Made by a program: the position numbers and the translations under genes. The notes below the pieces were generated by a model. It was not told the DNA's origin. It saw nothing but the letters and a program-made list of their open reading frames with translations, and searched no databases. This document shows, piece after piece, positions 47,283 to 60,239 of a stretch of 64,000 nt of DNA. Within the stretch, counting starts at the first letter, position 1. Each line of letters begins with the position of its first letter. Origin of the DNA: Neophaeotheca triangularis. Its lineage: Eukaryota. The stretch spans positions 372,001-436,000 of the forward strand of contig BAAIJX010000015.1 in the NCBI GenBank assembly GCA_054600435.1, in the 5' to 3' direction.

Positions 47283-50200
47283 TTAAAAGCAATTCAACCC
47301 GCCCTTCTTCTTCTTCTTCGAACTGTTAAGCTCCGCCATGCGCTGCTCAAGCGCCTGCCTCGCCCTCTCAGCTCTAACCCGCATTTCCCGCTCTTCCTCT
47401 ACAGCTTGCAAAGAAGCTCTGCTCTCGCTCCGCTGCTTGCGCAACCCGACGAGCTCGTCTTCAAGAGCGCTGCACTTTTTGCGCCAGCCGTCCATTTCGG
47501 ATTTGGTGCGGTTGGCCGAGGTCTCGAGGTCGACGAGCGCTTCTTCCAAGGTCGCGGTCAGTTGCTTTTCCGCGAAGAGGTGTTTTTCGATGGTGCGGAT
47601 GCGGGTTTCTTGCTCTTCGATTAGTTGGGAGAGGTGCGTGCTTGTTACGTCGTGGGATGCGTGGCGGGAGGGTGGGGGAGAGGATGTGGATGATGCTCGG
47701 GGGTCGTGCATGTTTTGGTTGTTCGGGAGGGGCGGAAGAGGGATCGAGGGCGGGGGTGTTGGGAGCGCTGTTGTCGGGCCTGACTTGCGCAGGGCTGAGG
47801 TCTGAGATGGCGAGCGTGCCAGAGCGATGGCGGCGGCTTCTGGGGATAGCGATTCGCGGTTGAAGATTACGGAGCCGCGGTCTGACGTAACAGACTGGTG
47901 CTTTCCACTGGCCAATTGTTGCTGGGTGTTGTCAGTTTTGTACTCCGAACGGGCCATTCGCGATATTCTCACCTCCAGAACTTGGTTCTTGGCCTTTTGC
48001 TCTTCCAGCTCTTTGACCGCCTCTTCGAGGTGCACCTGCCTCTCCGTTTGCATTGCAGAGAGACGATTGTTGGCAGCTTGGTGAGAGTCAAAGTTGGTGT
48101 TGAGCTGGTCCTCCAGCTCTTCAACCAATCTCGAGCTCTTCTTCTCACGCTCAGAAATCTTTTTGAGGTCTGCGAGAGCTCCCTCGTTGATAGTCTTTAG
48201 CTCCGCAATCTTTTCCTCAAGATCCACATTCTTGTTGAGAGCATTCTGCAACTCCTCCGACACGCCATTCAGCTCTGCAGCCGCTTGCAAATGTCTCGCG
48301 TGAAGCTCCTTGCCCTCGTCTTTGAGCCCCTGGATATGGTCTTTGAGCATGACCGCATCGGTCTCAAAACCCAAGCCAGTAGAAGCATTGCGCAAAAGAT
48401 CCGAATGCTCGGACTGCAGCCTCGTGAGATTGGCCTCCATTTGCTTCAGCGCATCGCTGTGCCGGCTTTCCAACTCAGCCTGCCCGTTCCTTGAGTCATT
48501 TTCCACGTTTCGCATGTGCATCTGAAGCTCCTCGAGCTCCTTTGCATGCGAAGCCTGAAGCGATACCAACGACTGCTGGTGAGTCTGGACAGTAGTGTGG
48601 TGAACCTGGAGCTGGCTTTCTAGGTTGGCAGCAAGGTCCCTATGTGTCTGCAATTCTCTATGTGTAAGGTCATGAGCCTTGGAATCCTCGTCGACTTGCG
48701 ACACAATCTTGGCATACGACTGCTCGAGCTCGTCTAGTTTCGAGACGTGGCTGGCGGCAGTCGTCTTGTAGTCGGCAAGTTCGCGTTGCAATGCGTCGAT
48801 GACTTCTTGATGCTTGGCGCGTTCCTGCTCGATACCGAAACTAGCATCCACCGCCTCGGATGTTTGCATACGATCTCCGGTTTTAGTTTCTCCATCCCTG
48901 TCCTTAGATCCACTCTCGGCGTTGCGCATAGCCGCTTCCAGGTCAGAGATGGTTGCGAGCAGCCGTGCTTCGGAAGCCTTCATCGAATCCATGGCACTGT
49001 GATGCTTCGTCTCCCAGGCAGCAAGCTCGCGCTGCAATTGTGCGATGTCGCTTTCCTCGTCGGACCTGGAGGCGCCCGCCGTGACCTGCTCGTGCCCTAG
49101 TTCGCTTGTCGGCGTAACATCTAGACCTGGCGTCTCGGGAAAGTCGCCGGGCATGTGAGGAGAAATGCCATCATCAAAGGTGGGGTTTTCACTGCTTTGC
49201 TTGCCTGCCGAATTACGATGCTCTTCCAGACTGGCTTTGAGGATATCGACTTGATCCTGAAATTCCTTTTCTCGCGAAGCATGAGCCTCATGGAGCGTAC
49301 GGATTTGCTGTTCACTCTCCATAAGCTGGTCCCGCATCTGGCCAACGACCGAAAAGTCCACCCCGGATGAAGTCTGCCAGCTCGAGCGCTCCCTCGTCAA
49401 CCCCGAGATTACGCGCTGTTTGGCTTCCAAGTCCTTCCGCACGGTACCAAGCTCGGCTTCAAGCGACTGCACCCTCTCGGAACGTCCATGCAACTCGTGC
49501 ATGACGGCGTCAAGATTGTGCTCGAAACCTTGTCTTGCGTCCGGTTGGTCTTGGAAGTGATCCAACGCAATGTTGCGAATCGAAGCCATCAAGCGATGCG
49601 CGCGGTCCGAAGCATGCATACCCAAGAGGTCGTCAGACTTCCTTCTAAGAAGTGCTTTGCCAAAGCTTGGGGAGGTAGGCGAGGCACGCGCGAATTGCGC
49701 CCTCTGAACCTCAATACGCAAGTCTTCTACCTGTTCCAGAGTCGCCTGATGTCTGTCGACTAGCGACTTGTAGTTGTTGGTCAGTTCCGCTACCGACAAT
49801 TCTTTTTCGGCGTGCAACTTTCGCAAGAGCTCCATCTCGTCGCGCGCATCGCTTTCCCTCGCCGAGCTTTTGCCGACGTCGTCAACCTCAGCGACAACAT
49901 CGAGCTCCTCAGTAGCCGGAGACAAGTTGCTATCCTCAGATTCCTTCCTCAATTGCTCTTCGCCTCTTGTAATACTCGATGGCGCAAGCGAGGATAGCTC
50001 CGCCGACAGTGAACGCGAGGATGACGGCTCCCCAGTCGCTTCGGGTCCTGCTTTCTCCTCTTCCCTCCTCCCCGCGTCTTCTAAAAAAGAAGCCGGCCTA
50101 GACTGTGTAGGCGTTTGCGGGCTCTTGGGCGGTGACTCCTTGTCGTACTCGAGCTGAGCCAGAGTCTTGAGCGCAGTCTGGTATTTTTGCTGGAGATTGT

Positions 50201-52917
50201 CGTAGTCGATGACCGTGGTCTCGTGTTCCGAGCGCAGGTCGAAAAGCTCCTGAGTAAGGTTCTCCAGCTTGTCTGCCATAAAGTCGTTCTGCGCCGGGCT
50301 TTGCAAGTCTTTTGTACCGGCGGCATTGTAGGATGCGTCTTTGTAAGCCCGAGTGCTTTGCGACTCGGCATCGTCGGATTCACCCATGGAAGTGTGCTTT
50401 TCGATGGCAATCTGCTCGGCTTGGCTGTTCTCAAAGTCGTTGCTGCTATGAGCATCCGTGTCATCAGAGCGATCCGCGGGCCTGTAAGGGTCATAGGAGT
50501 CTCTGTTGCCGTTCGGTATCGAGTTCTCTGACGCGAGATCCTTCTGCTCGTTAGGCCTCAAGCTGTCAAGATCACTCAACAAGTTGTCTAGGCGGCCAAT
50601 GCTCCTTTGGCGCTCGACAACATGCTCCAGGCGATCAATCTCACGCTGCATTATTTCTTGATCTTGCTCGGCCTCTGCCAAGCGATCTTCTAGAGTGGAG
50701 ATGTACTCTTCGGCACCAGTCTCGCCTTCGCGAGCCCTGCTGAGCTCCTTGCGCAATTCAGCCACCAACGCCATGTTGCGCTCTTCCCCACTGCTCGAGC
50801 CTTCCATTCTCGACTCCAGATCCCGAAGATAATCTTCATTGCTCTGCTCGCGCTCGGATGCTTTATGTAGGCGAGCTTGAAGTTGCGTCTGGATAGTTTC
50901 CATGTAAGCTATGCGAGTATCCTTCTCCATGAGCGTGCTCTCGGTGTTAGATAGAGACGATCTGGTCTTGGAAAGCGTCGACTCGAGACTTTGGATCGTC
51001 TTCTCGTACTCCAGCACAACTTGCTCAACCGCCTCTGCGAAACTGTTCGATCGCTTCAGTCGGTCCATGGCCGTTTCGCCAACAGCTTCCTTCAGCATCG
51101 GAGTATCCGATTCGCTGTTATCACGAGCTTTGCTGATTTCCGAGATGAGCTTGGCATGGCGTGCGCTGAGCGCGTTGTAGTTTTCCTGTATGTCCATGAG
51201 CTGCGTCTGGAGCTCGGCATCCTGCTCTCGAAAACGATTTGCTTTGGCTCCGAGGACTGTATCCTTGCTGTCTGATCGGTCGCTGTGGCTGATCTGGTCC
51301 CTCAAGAACTGCACCTCAGCCTTCAGCCGATCAATAACAGCCTGCTTGTCACCCTCATCATGGCTCTGTTGGATCTCCGGCCGGCTCTGGATAGCTCTTG
51401 CTCTTTGTGCGTAGGTCACCGTGTTCAGCGTCTCGTTGAGATGGAAAGCAGCGGGGGTGACGCAGGCCATCATGAACGTGATGGCATTCCCGCCCAAAGA
51501 GTCTTGTAGAAGTCTCGTGAGCCGGGAGTCGCGGTAAGAAATGTGCTTCTGGCCGCCTTTGCTCGACAGTTGTGAGATGACCTTCCCAAGGCTCGCCAGC
51601 CCGGCATTGATTGATATTCCTTCCTTAGCTCGATCGCCTGTAGCCCCAGTGTTCTTAAGTCTTTCGCTCCCTGCCAGATCCACAAAGTTAAGCTTGCTGT
51701 CAATTGTCACGACATTCTCGCCCGGGGACATGGGCTCCAGTGGCGCAGACACTCGCTTGTCGCGTTTGGGCGTCCCACCAGCAGTTTCGGTCTTCTTCTG
51801 CACCAGATTCAAACTGAAGACAGCATGGGATCGGGAAGAGCGCGCATTGATGGCCGTGGCATCCGTCTGGCGGATGGTCGAGCCAAAGTTCAGAGCGTGG
51901 AGCATGTCGTCTGCGGAGTTGATGTCGACTTGCGTAAGGCCTGTGAGCAGGATGCGACCTTTTGTGTCCTCGCGGATTGACACAGAGGCCCTGTCCGCCT
52001 CTGGTACTGATTCGTCGACGAGCAGGTCTCGCAGGTTTTCGTTGTAGATCTCAACATATGTAGCCTTCAAGGTCCAGTTCTTGTCGGCATTGGCTTGCTT
52101 TGCCAGATTATTGAGCGTGGGCAGCGTATGCGTCGAGTATCTCTTGGGCGTCTGTATCCCGCTCTGCCTCATTGATCCTCCTGCTGCTCCGCTTCCGTTG
52201 AGCTTCTCAAAAAGCGCCTGTGCAGCACGAGGCACTACGCCCATGACTTGCGAATCGCTTTGCTCCTCCGGCCCTGACGTGCCCATTGTGTACGACTTTC
52301 CCGCACCTGATTGCCCGTATGCAAGAATGGAGACATTGTAGCCTTGTACGAATGACGTGACGCTCTCACTAAGATAATCCCAGATGCCGTCCTGCGTGGT
52401 GGTCTCATCGAAGACGCGGTCGAAGACGAAAAGCTTCTTGCCCTGAGTCGATTGAACCTGAAGGCTCGTGGAAGTAGGGACATCGCAAGTGCTTTCGCGA
52501 AAGCGTTGCGGTATGAGATCGAATCCGGGGTCTGTGGGGACGAGGGGGGGTCGCACTCGAACGGCTGTAGGCAGGTGCTGGGTTAGTTTGCGCGACGTTC
52601 TGGAAAGATGGTAGGGAAAGGAGTGAAGGAGAGTACATACCAACTTTGACAGCAGTCTTCAGATCATCGTCGCTCAGCCGGCTGTTGGCGCTCTCCGTCA
52701 TTCGACTGGAGCTGCGTTTGGCGCGGCCAGCCATGGGGGAGACGGCAGCGGGGCTTTCGGCCGTGGTGGTAACATACGCCGCCGGGTTAGGTGAAATCGG
52801 AGTCGCGTTTGAGTAGTCGGGTAGGATGGCTGGCGATGTAGGTGGAGGTGGGGTGTGAGCGGACAGCGGTGATGAAGCGAGGCGAAGGAGGTGGTGTTTG
52901 TCTTTCTTCCCCTGCAT
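47283..52917 (-). CDS. Kinesin-4 family (KIF4/KIF21-like) motor with long coiled-coil tail
   Basis: TAVKV|AVRVRP, AYGQSGAGKSYTMG, NARSSRSHAVF, FVDLAGSER, HISYRDSRLTRLLQDSLGGN. Introns 52565-52640 and 47922-47972. Start uncertain (52917 or 52734). Confidence 0.92.
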
Positions 52918-54334
52918 GGATGTCAGAGCGGCGGGCGGGTGTAGCTTGGCCAAAAGATGCGCTGCCACCGATTCAGCGCAATATTAATCACCAATGATAG
53001 ATAATACTTTCTGAGCAAGGATAATGGACAAGAGAAGCGGGAGACGGGAAAGCGAGGAGGTAGCCGAGGGGTAGAGCAGGGATAAGGTGGATAGGGTAAG
53101 GTTGCCTTTCTTTGCTGGTAGTTAAGGTAGGGAGATATCAAATGCCAAGTCGAAGCAGGCAGGCAGGCAGGCAGACAGATGGTTCACTACCTGACTTCAC
53201 TTGGTCGTCTACCAATTGAACCGTCACTAAGGTACTTAACTGGAAGACACCCGACAGTAATGTCTAACAATAACTTATAGAGCAGGAAAGGGAGGGAGGG
53301 AGCGGAAGAGCTGCCCTACCTTATATCCGCCGGATCTCCATTCGAGTGGAATTCCGAATAACTAATATTAATAATACAATAATAGGTAATAAATTAACCG
53401 TCGCCGGTCGGTCTTCACTGCATTTGCCTTTTCTCAAGCCAAAACCTTCTCACCCTGCCCTGCTTGACACCCACTCATCAGGCTGGCTGACCTTCACACC
53501 CCAATGATGATGCCGCCCTACCAAACATCCATCTTTGAATTCCATCGTAAAAGCCCAACTGGTGCCTGGACCTTCTTCCTGCAGAATATATACACTGCCG
53601 AATTGTAGGTATCCATTCCAAGCCACCGAAAGCGCAGTAGTAGTCTCATGTACGGATCCCCGTCATGCTGTCGATCGACCGAGGTAGGTAAGGTACTAGG
53701 TAAGGTAGGTACTAATGAAACGTGCATAACGCTTCTGCAAGCCCGCCGGACCCTGGACCACGGCCAGCGTACCTGCATCAGCCCGACGAGCCCGGGACTA
53801 AGAGAGTGAGACCTAGGTTGAAGGTGAGGTTCTCTCCTTCACACGTCACTACCACCATTGGCTGCTACGGTATGCTGCGAAATTGAGGAAATGGATAGAG
53901 GCAGTCTTCAAGTCTGTGTATGCATCACGAAACGGACTCTCGAAGCAGCACAGCACAGCAAAACACATTTACGTCCGTACTAACAGTTGATAAGGAGTTG
54001 GGAATAGTAAAGTATTAGATAAAACCACAACGAAAAAGCGGTAGAAGCAGGTAAGAAACCAAGAGCCTACTACGTAATCTCCCACCCCATCTCCCTTTTC
54101 CAAGCTGGTGTCATATCCCAACCTCGACAAAGAAAAAGACAAAAAAGGTACTATCCAAAGACCGGCAAGAAATTCGCCAAAAAGACTAATAGCCGTTCCA
54201 ATCGTCCCACAGTCACTCACTCACTCACTCCGCAAAGCGCCTCGCAAGCTGGGGTGTATCATATACCAAAGAAAACAACGCGCGAAGAAGATATCCGACG
54301 ACCGGGAGAAAGCGCTTAGCGAGCGAAGCGACCC

Positions 54335-57261
54335 TCACTGCGCGAGCTGCTGGCCACCATGACGGTGCTCGAGACCGCGCGGGCTGAACTTGGTCACGGG
54401 CTCGTCCTCGTCCTCGTCCTGCTGCTGCTGCTCGATTTCGGCGCCCTCGTCGCCCTCGACAATGCGCGTCGGTACTTCGGGAATGTCGTCGTCGTGTGTG
54501 CGGTAGTGGCTCTGCAAGCTGTGCCTCTGAGGTGTGGCGGCGGTGCTCTCGCTGCCGACGCTCATGCTCGTCGAGCTGCGGTTGTGCACGAGGTCCGGCG
54601 TGGGCGGGATGCTCGATGTGCGGTTGGGGTGCAGGTAGCCGGTACCTTCGCTGTGCGCGTCGCCGTATTCGGAGCCGGAGGCGTTGGTTTGCTGCGAGTC
54701 GCCGTCGACGGAGTCGGGGGAGAGGTTCTTGACGGCCCTCTTGCCGCGCTTGCGGCCGCTTTCCGAGTGTTCACCTCCGTCCGACGAGACGGACTCGGCG
54801 CGGCGGGCGAGATCGAGGCCCTCGACGGCGGCGGCGCATTGCTCCGAAATGTTGCGAATGATGTAGGCAATGGCGTCCGTCTTGTCGCGGAGGTGTCGGT
54901 CGGCGACGTCGGCCATGCTGGCTTGCGAGAGACGCTTGCTGGCCGAGAGTGAGTTCGAGAGACGGCTGTTCGTGGCCCTGTCCTCGCGGTTGGATTGCCT
55001 CGTGCTCGAGCGCGAAGAAGCACGCGAGCTGGTGCGTTCGGCCACACGAGTGGAAGCAGCGTCGGATTCGTTGCCCATTTCCAAAATACCGGCGTCGGCT
55101 GGCACATCTTCCTCGCCGTCCGCGACGCCTGGGCTCACCGGATCGCCAATGGTCTTGACGATGTGCTCCATGTGGTGAGCTTGGCCGTCGATGAGGGCAC
55201 GAAGGTGCAACACAACGCGCTGCGCCTCGTCTCTTTGGCGAAGCAGCGTGGTGTTAGTTTGCTGAAGCGCCGACATGTCCTTTTTGTTCCTCTTCCTCTC
55301 CCGTTCCAGCTCCTCGGCAATCTCCTGCTGCAGCACCAAAGCTTCGAGCGAATCGTCTCTCTGCTTCTCTGTGCCGGAAAGGCGAACGGTAAGTCTTGAG
55401 TTGTCGTCCTTTTGCTGATCGATAAGGCTCGTGAGCCGGCGGTTCTCACGCTTGTGTCCTTCGATTTTGACCTTGAGCTCGTTGGTCTCCTTGGTGAGTT
55501 GCTCGGCAAATGCCTGGAACTTGAGGAACTGCTGCTTCCAGCTCTCGAGCTCGTCGACCAGGAAGTTGTTCCTCTTGGTGACCTTGGTGAGCTCAGTATC
55601 CATGCGTCCTTTGAGGTTGATGAAGTCTTGCCACGCCTCCATGGCATCCCGAGAGTATTGGTTTCTCTCGCGAACGATCTCATTCAGATGGCGCATCGAC
55701 ACCTTGGTCATAAGAGGCTTCTTTTGCGCTCCTCCGAATACAGCCTTCATGCCTGTGTTCTTGCCCTGTCGAAAGTGTTAGTACATGGTGTTGTGCAAGG
55801 CTCAAGAGAGGATGAACTCACCAGCTTCTCGCAAGCATGATCCATGACCTTCATCACCTCCTCTTGGTTCCACCATCCAGGGTCCTGCACGCTCTCTACT
55901 TCACCCCGCATGACGATGATTTGCCCGGCAGGGATGAGTTTGCCACCACCGTAAGCAGAACGTAGGTGCTGCGGCACGCCAGATGGGGCAACGTCTCCGT
56001 TGAGTGCCTCTGTCAAACGACTAATCAGCTTCGATCTCTGCTTCGGAGACCATGCCGTTGGTGGGCTGGACGTGAGGACAAAGTTTCTGTCAAGGTCGAC
56101 AACGAGCGCATCGCCGGGGGCTGTGAATAGCGTGCGACACTCGGCAGTGATACCCAGGATGTACGGGCCAGGCTCTTGGACGAGCTCCTTGGCGTGGCGG
56201 GCGTGCACGACCGGCACATAGAGACCGCTCCATTCATAGACGCGGACCATGAAGCGAATGGTTTCAGCAGCCATGGTAAGCATGGCCGGGTAGTGAGAGA
56301 TGAAGATGATGCGGCGTGTAGGGGATACGGCAGCTTCGAGTACACCAACAATGTTCGGCAGCGACAAGCAGCAGAAGAGCGGCCACATGGAGAAGTTCTG
56401 GAAACCTGTTGGGGTCGATGGGAACTGGTAGCACAAAGCGTAGTCCTTCATGTCGATGCGCACTAGATCGTTGAGTCGGGGCGCAGGGAAGCTGAGGATG
56501 CGGGACACCTCCTCGGCGTGGAACAGATTCGTCGCCTTATTCCAGTGAATCCACATGCCTCGGAGGTAATCCCCAAGCAGATTGTAAAGAGGGTACCTGG
56601 ACAGGAAGCTCAGGCAGTAGGGGATCCAGTAAGTCTCGCCAGGAGTGTCGTAATAGTCCGGTTCGGTCCTCTTGCGGAGGTCTCGGATCGTCTCTGCACG
56701 TTTCTCGTCGGCGCGGGACCATACACGGAGCGCGATCCCGTAGAGAGTGTGCGACGAGTCTTGCTGAAGGATGAAGGCATGGTGAACACAGTGCGGTTGG
56801 CTAGCGCCGGTGCATATCTCGACATCATGGGGAAAGCAAGCCTGCAGTGTTGTTAGTATGGGCAAATCGAACGTTCTCAAACATTAATTGCATACCCTCA
56901 TTGCAGCGTGCAACGACCTTGCGATTTCGTTGTCTTGCTCCAGCCTCGGACTGCTTCCCAGGATCTCTGGCAGCCAGAATTGACCGACCGCGCCTTTCAT
57001 GTGTCCGATCTTGCCTTGCGGTGGCGCTGGGGCTTTTACCCATTGCGATGGCTCACGACCAACACCGCACACCATATAAGCGTGGGTCAGCGTCTTTGGT
57101 GCACGCTGACCCGGTTTGGGCCCATTGGTTGCTCCAGGCATGGGTTGTGTGATTCTCGAATGTAGCGAGGATGTCCGATTGGGAACGACGAGGCTATCGT
57201 CTTCACGGCTTGCTGGTCGCGAACCTCCAGAGCGGGGCCTCGAGGTAAAGGAAGGGGCCAT
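54335..57261 (-). CDS. DENN-domain protein (putative Rab GEF) with C-terminal coiled coil
   Basis: ACFPHD, HHAFILQ..LYGIAL, YWIPYCLSFLSRYP, YVPVVHARH..EPGPYILG, VVDLD. Introns 56842-56895 and 55766-55821. Confidence 0.88.
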
Positions 57262-59637
57262 GTTGAAAAGCGAAGAAGAAATGGTCGGGTGGATCGATTG
57301 GATCAAGAGTTCAACAGCTACTCCTCCAGTGTGATACTTTGGCTAACCACGCACGCAGTAGTAGTACTACCGCGGAAGCAGCCCCTGACGCAGCTCTCAG
57401 CTCGGTTTTCGTCTTGACCTTCTTCCCTCGATACCTGCGAGGTTTTGATTCGGCCTTTTTCACTGAATGTGCAGAGTGTGAGGATGTCGAAAGCTGGGCA
57501 ACGGCGACCTGAGTAGAATAGAAGGAAGGGTCGCAACAAGAAATCGGGAAGCAGACGGCCAGGTCGAGAGAGAGGTTGGACCGTTGGAACGGCGCTGCAC
57601 TCGGACTATGCCCTCCTAGCTAGAGCTTATTTAGTGCTCCTTCGGCAAGGGACTGGGAAACCTTCCTCCTCTATACGCTAGCGCCAGATGCGTTTGTCGA
57701 TTTACCCAATGCCGGCCTTCGGCTACGCTTGTTACTGGTTCAGTTCGGAAGGCAAACGCACGACCGGCAGCCTCGAAACACTACTACTACTCCGAAGCCC
57801 GTTGCAGGAGTGATTTTGCATTCAACCAGCCTTTCCAGGTCAGAACAACAACGACAAGGCAGAGTTGAGAGTGGACGAAAGGCCAGCGGTTAGACCGGAC
57901 AGACGCGTTTCCTCGAGCACAACGTTCAACGCATCTAGCGACAGCAGCATCATCATAACAACAACGATCCGTGACGGCAGCTATCAGTCTCCCGTGGTTC
58001 ATGGCTCGCTTTGGCCACTGTTTCACCACTCACGGATGCGGGGCCAATCTAACCTTTTGCCGAGCCTGCTGTATATTACGAGCATGTGCCCATAGTTGGT
58101 CTGTGTCTCCTCCAGCGGGCTGAAAAGGGGCCCCGATGTCCATGTGAACGTTGCGACGAATGAATACTGATGCTGTGATGGCAGTCGAGCTCGAACGCGG
58201 TGAGTAGTAGTAGTGCGCATACGATCATGATCAGCGGAATATATATTTCCTTGCAGCAAGCGCACCATCAACACGCATCTGCATATTTATTATTGTCAGT
58301 TCTCTTTCAAGCTGGCGTGGCGACTGCAGGCAGTACGAAGACTCGGGAATTATTGTGCCACTACTCCTTGTACCAATCGACTCTCATGACGCTGACATTG
58401 TGTGAGTCGACGGCTTTGAAAGTCCCTCTATTATTGTGGCACCCTTGAAACCACCGTACTCTGATCTATCTCATCAACAGCTGCTCGTTCAATCTTTTGT
58501 CTAGCAGCACCTGGGCAATCTTCTTGAGGAGGTCTTGACCGGGACTCGTGCCTATCAGTTACGCAATAATAACGCAGAGGTGTAGTCTGTAGAGTTTCCT
58601 GCAGAACGCGGATCCGCAAAAAAGTGTGATGATGCTTGGAGATGTGTGGAGAGCCGGCCGGCAACATTTGGACTCGTTTGCAGCTTCCACCGGCGCAACG
58701 AATCGACCGGCTAACGTTAAATTTTAGTGGCTAGGTACTGAGATAGGTCACCGACCGAGCAGACAAGGTCGTCCTTGTCACCACTTACTATATATTACTT
58801 ACTCCTCTCAATTCTATCGTAGTCGTCGCGGGAGGGAGACGTCTTTTGTTCAAAACCACCAGATCGGTAGACTCCAGCGTGGTGCGTTCAGGCCGGTACG
58901 ACTTGCGTTGCTGGGCAAACGCTCGCGCGGCGACAGCGCCATCACTTTCATCTCCCGGGCTTTGCTAAAGCTTCAGAAATTCAGATGCACTGAGTAAGGT
59001 ATTCCTTCAGAAGTAGGTATCGCAGATTTTCGGCCTATTCCACTGCGCTCCGTGTCCGCCTTGCCGTGACGGTTTTGCTGATGAAGTGTAGACCTATGAG
59101 AGAGCAGCAAGTCTTTTCCAGGAAGGCCCTTCAGCGTAGGTGTTTTTTTGTTGAATTTCCTCGATGCACCACTTCTTTACTCTTGCTGTACGACTATAGC
59201 CGTACGACTATAAAGGAGAGGGGCCATGGACATCATTCAGAGAGCCGCAGCTGGGCCTGTTCTAGCCATGTGCACATTGCCTGAGGAAAGGGCGGCCACG
59301 ACAATACCTGGGTAAGGGAGGTAGGTAGTGGTAGATACCCGTTATGGTGCCTTCTACCTAGGTATTGTGATCTGGGTATATCGCACCAACATGGCAAGCA
59401 AGAGCAGAGGACGTCTCCTTGTGTATCTTATGATCCCGCGCAGCCGGCCTCGAAACCGAATTGTTTTGTGCCTACCCGTAGTAATCTAGGATGCAGCTTC
59501 AGCTTCGGCGTCCACTTCAAGCTCGGGCGAAAAGTCCCGGATGTGTTTGGCCTCTCAAGCCCAGGCACTCACTCACTGACTGCGAAGAAACACCCTTCCC
59601 TTTCGACATTACCTTATCAATACCACTCTCCCGTCAG

Positions 59638-59680
59638 CACCACTACCACCACCACCAACACCACCACCACCACCACCAAC
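59638..59680. repeat. Imperfect (CAC)n tract followed by CT-rich run
   Basis: caccactaccaccaccaccaacaccaccaccaccaccaccaac. Confidence 0.85.
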
Positions 59681-60239
59681 CGAACCCTCACCCTCTCTTT
59701 CTCTCTCTTCTCTTCCTTCACGCTACTCAACCCATTCTCGTCTGCGGCAAGCAGCAGTCTCGTCGTTCAATACCACTGCAGTCGCTCGCTTGCCCTCGAT
59801 ACGTATTACTTGAGATACCTTCAACATCGGCGCGTCCACGTCGCCAACTCACGTGCTACGTCTGCCTGGGCCACACGTCCACCTCTCGGACCCGCGCCAA
59901 CAATTCTACCTCTACGTCTTCATCTGGACCTTTCTCCACCAAGAATTAACTCCAGTTTAATCAACAACCTAATACCCAATACCTAAGGTTTTTCCCTCTC
60001 CTACGCCACAATCCGCTCGATTTCGAACCTTCACACTAGCACGACTGGAGGAGACGACAAGGTGAAGAAACAACTTTCAGATTGACATTGGAGTTACCCT
60101 CGACCTAGTTTGCGGCTCTGAAAGGCTCTGTACGTACCTTGAACCTTCGCAATCTGCTCTCGACTTCCACACCACCGGCCTGCCGCTCTAGGACTTGCGA
60201 GAATACGCAACGCTGCTCACGTACCCCGGCTAACAAAGC

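Noticed and set aside
59468..59986. Poly-Thr and poly-His ORFs
   Set aside because: By-products of the (CAC)n tract; no domain or splice support.
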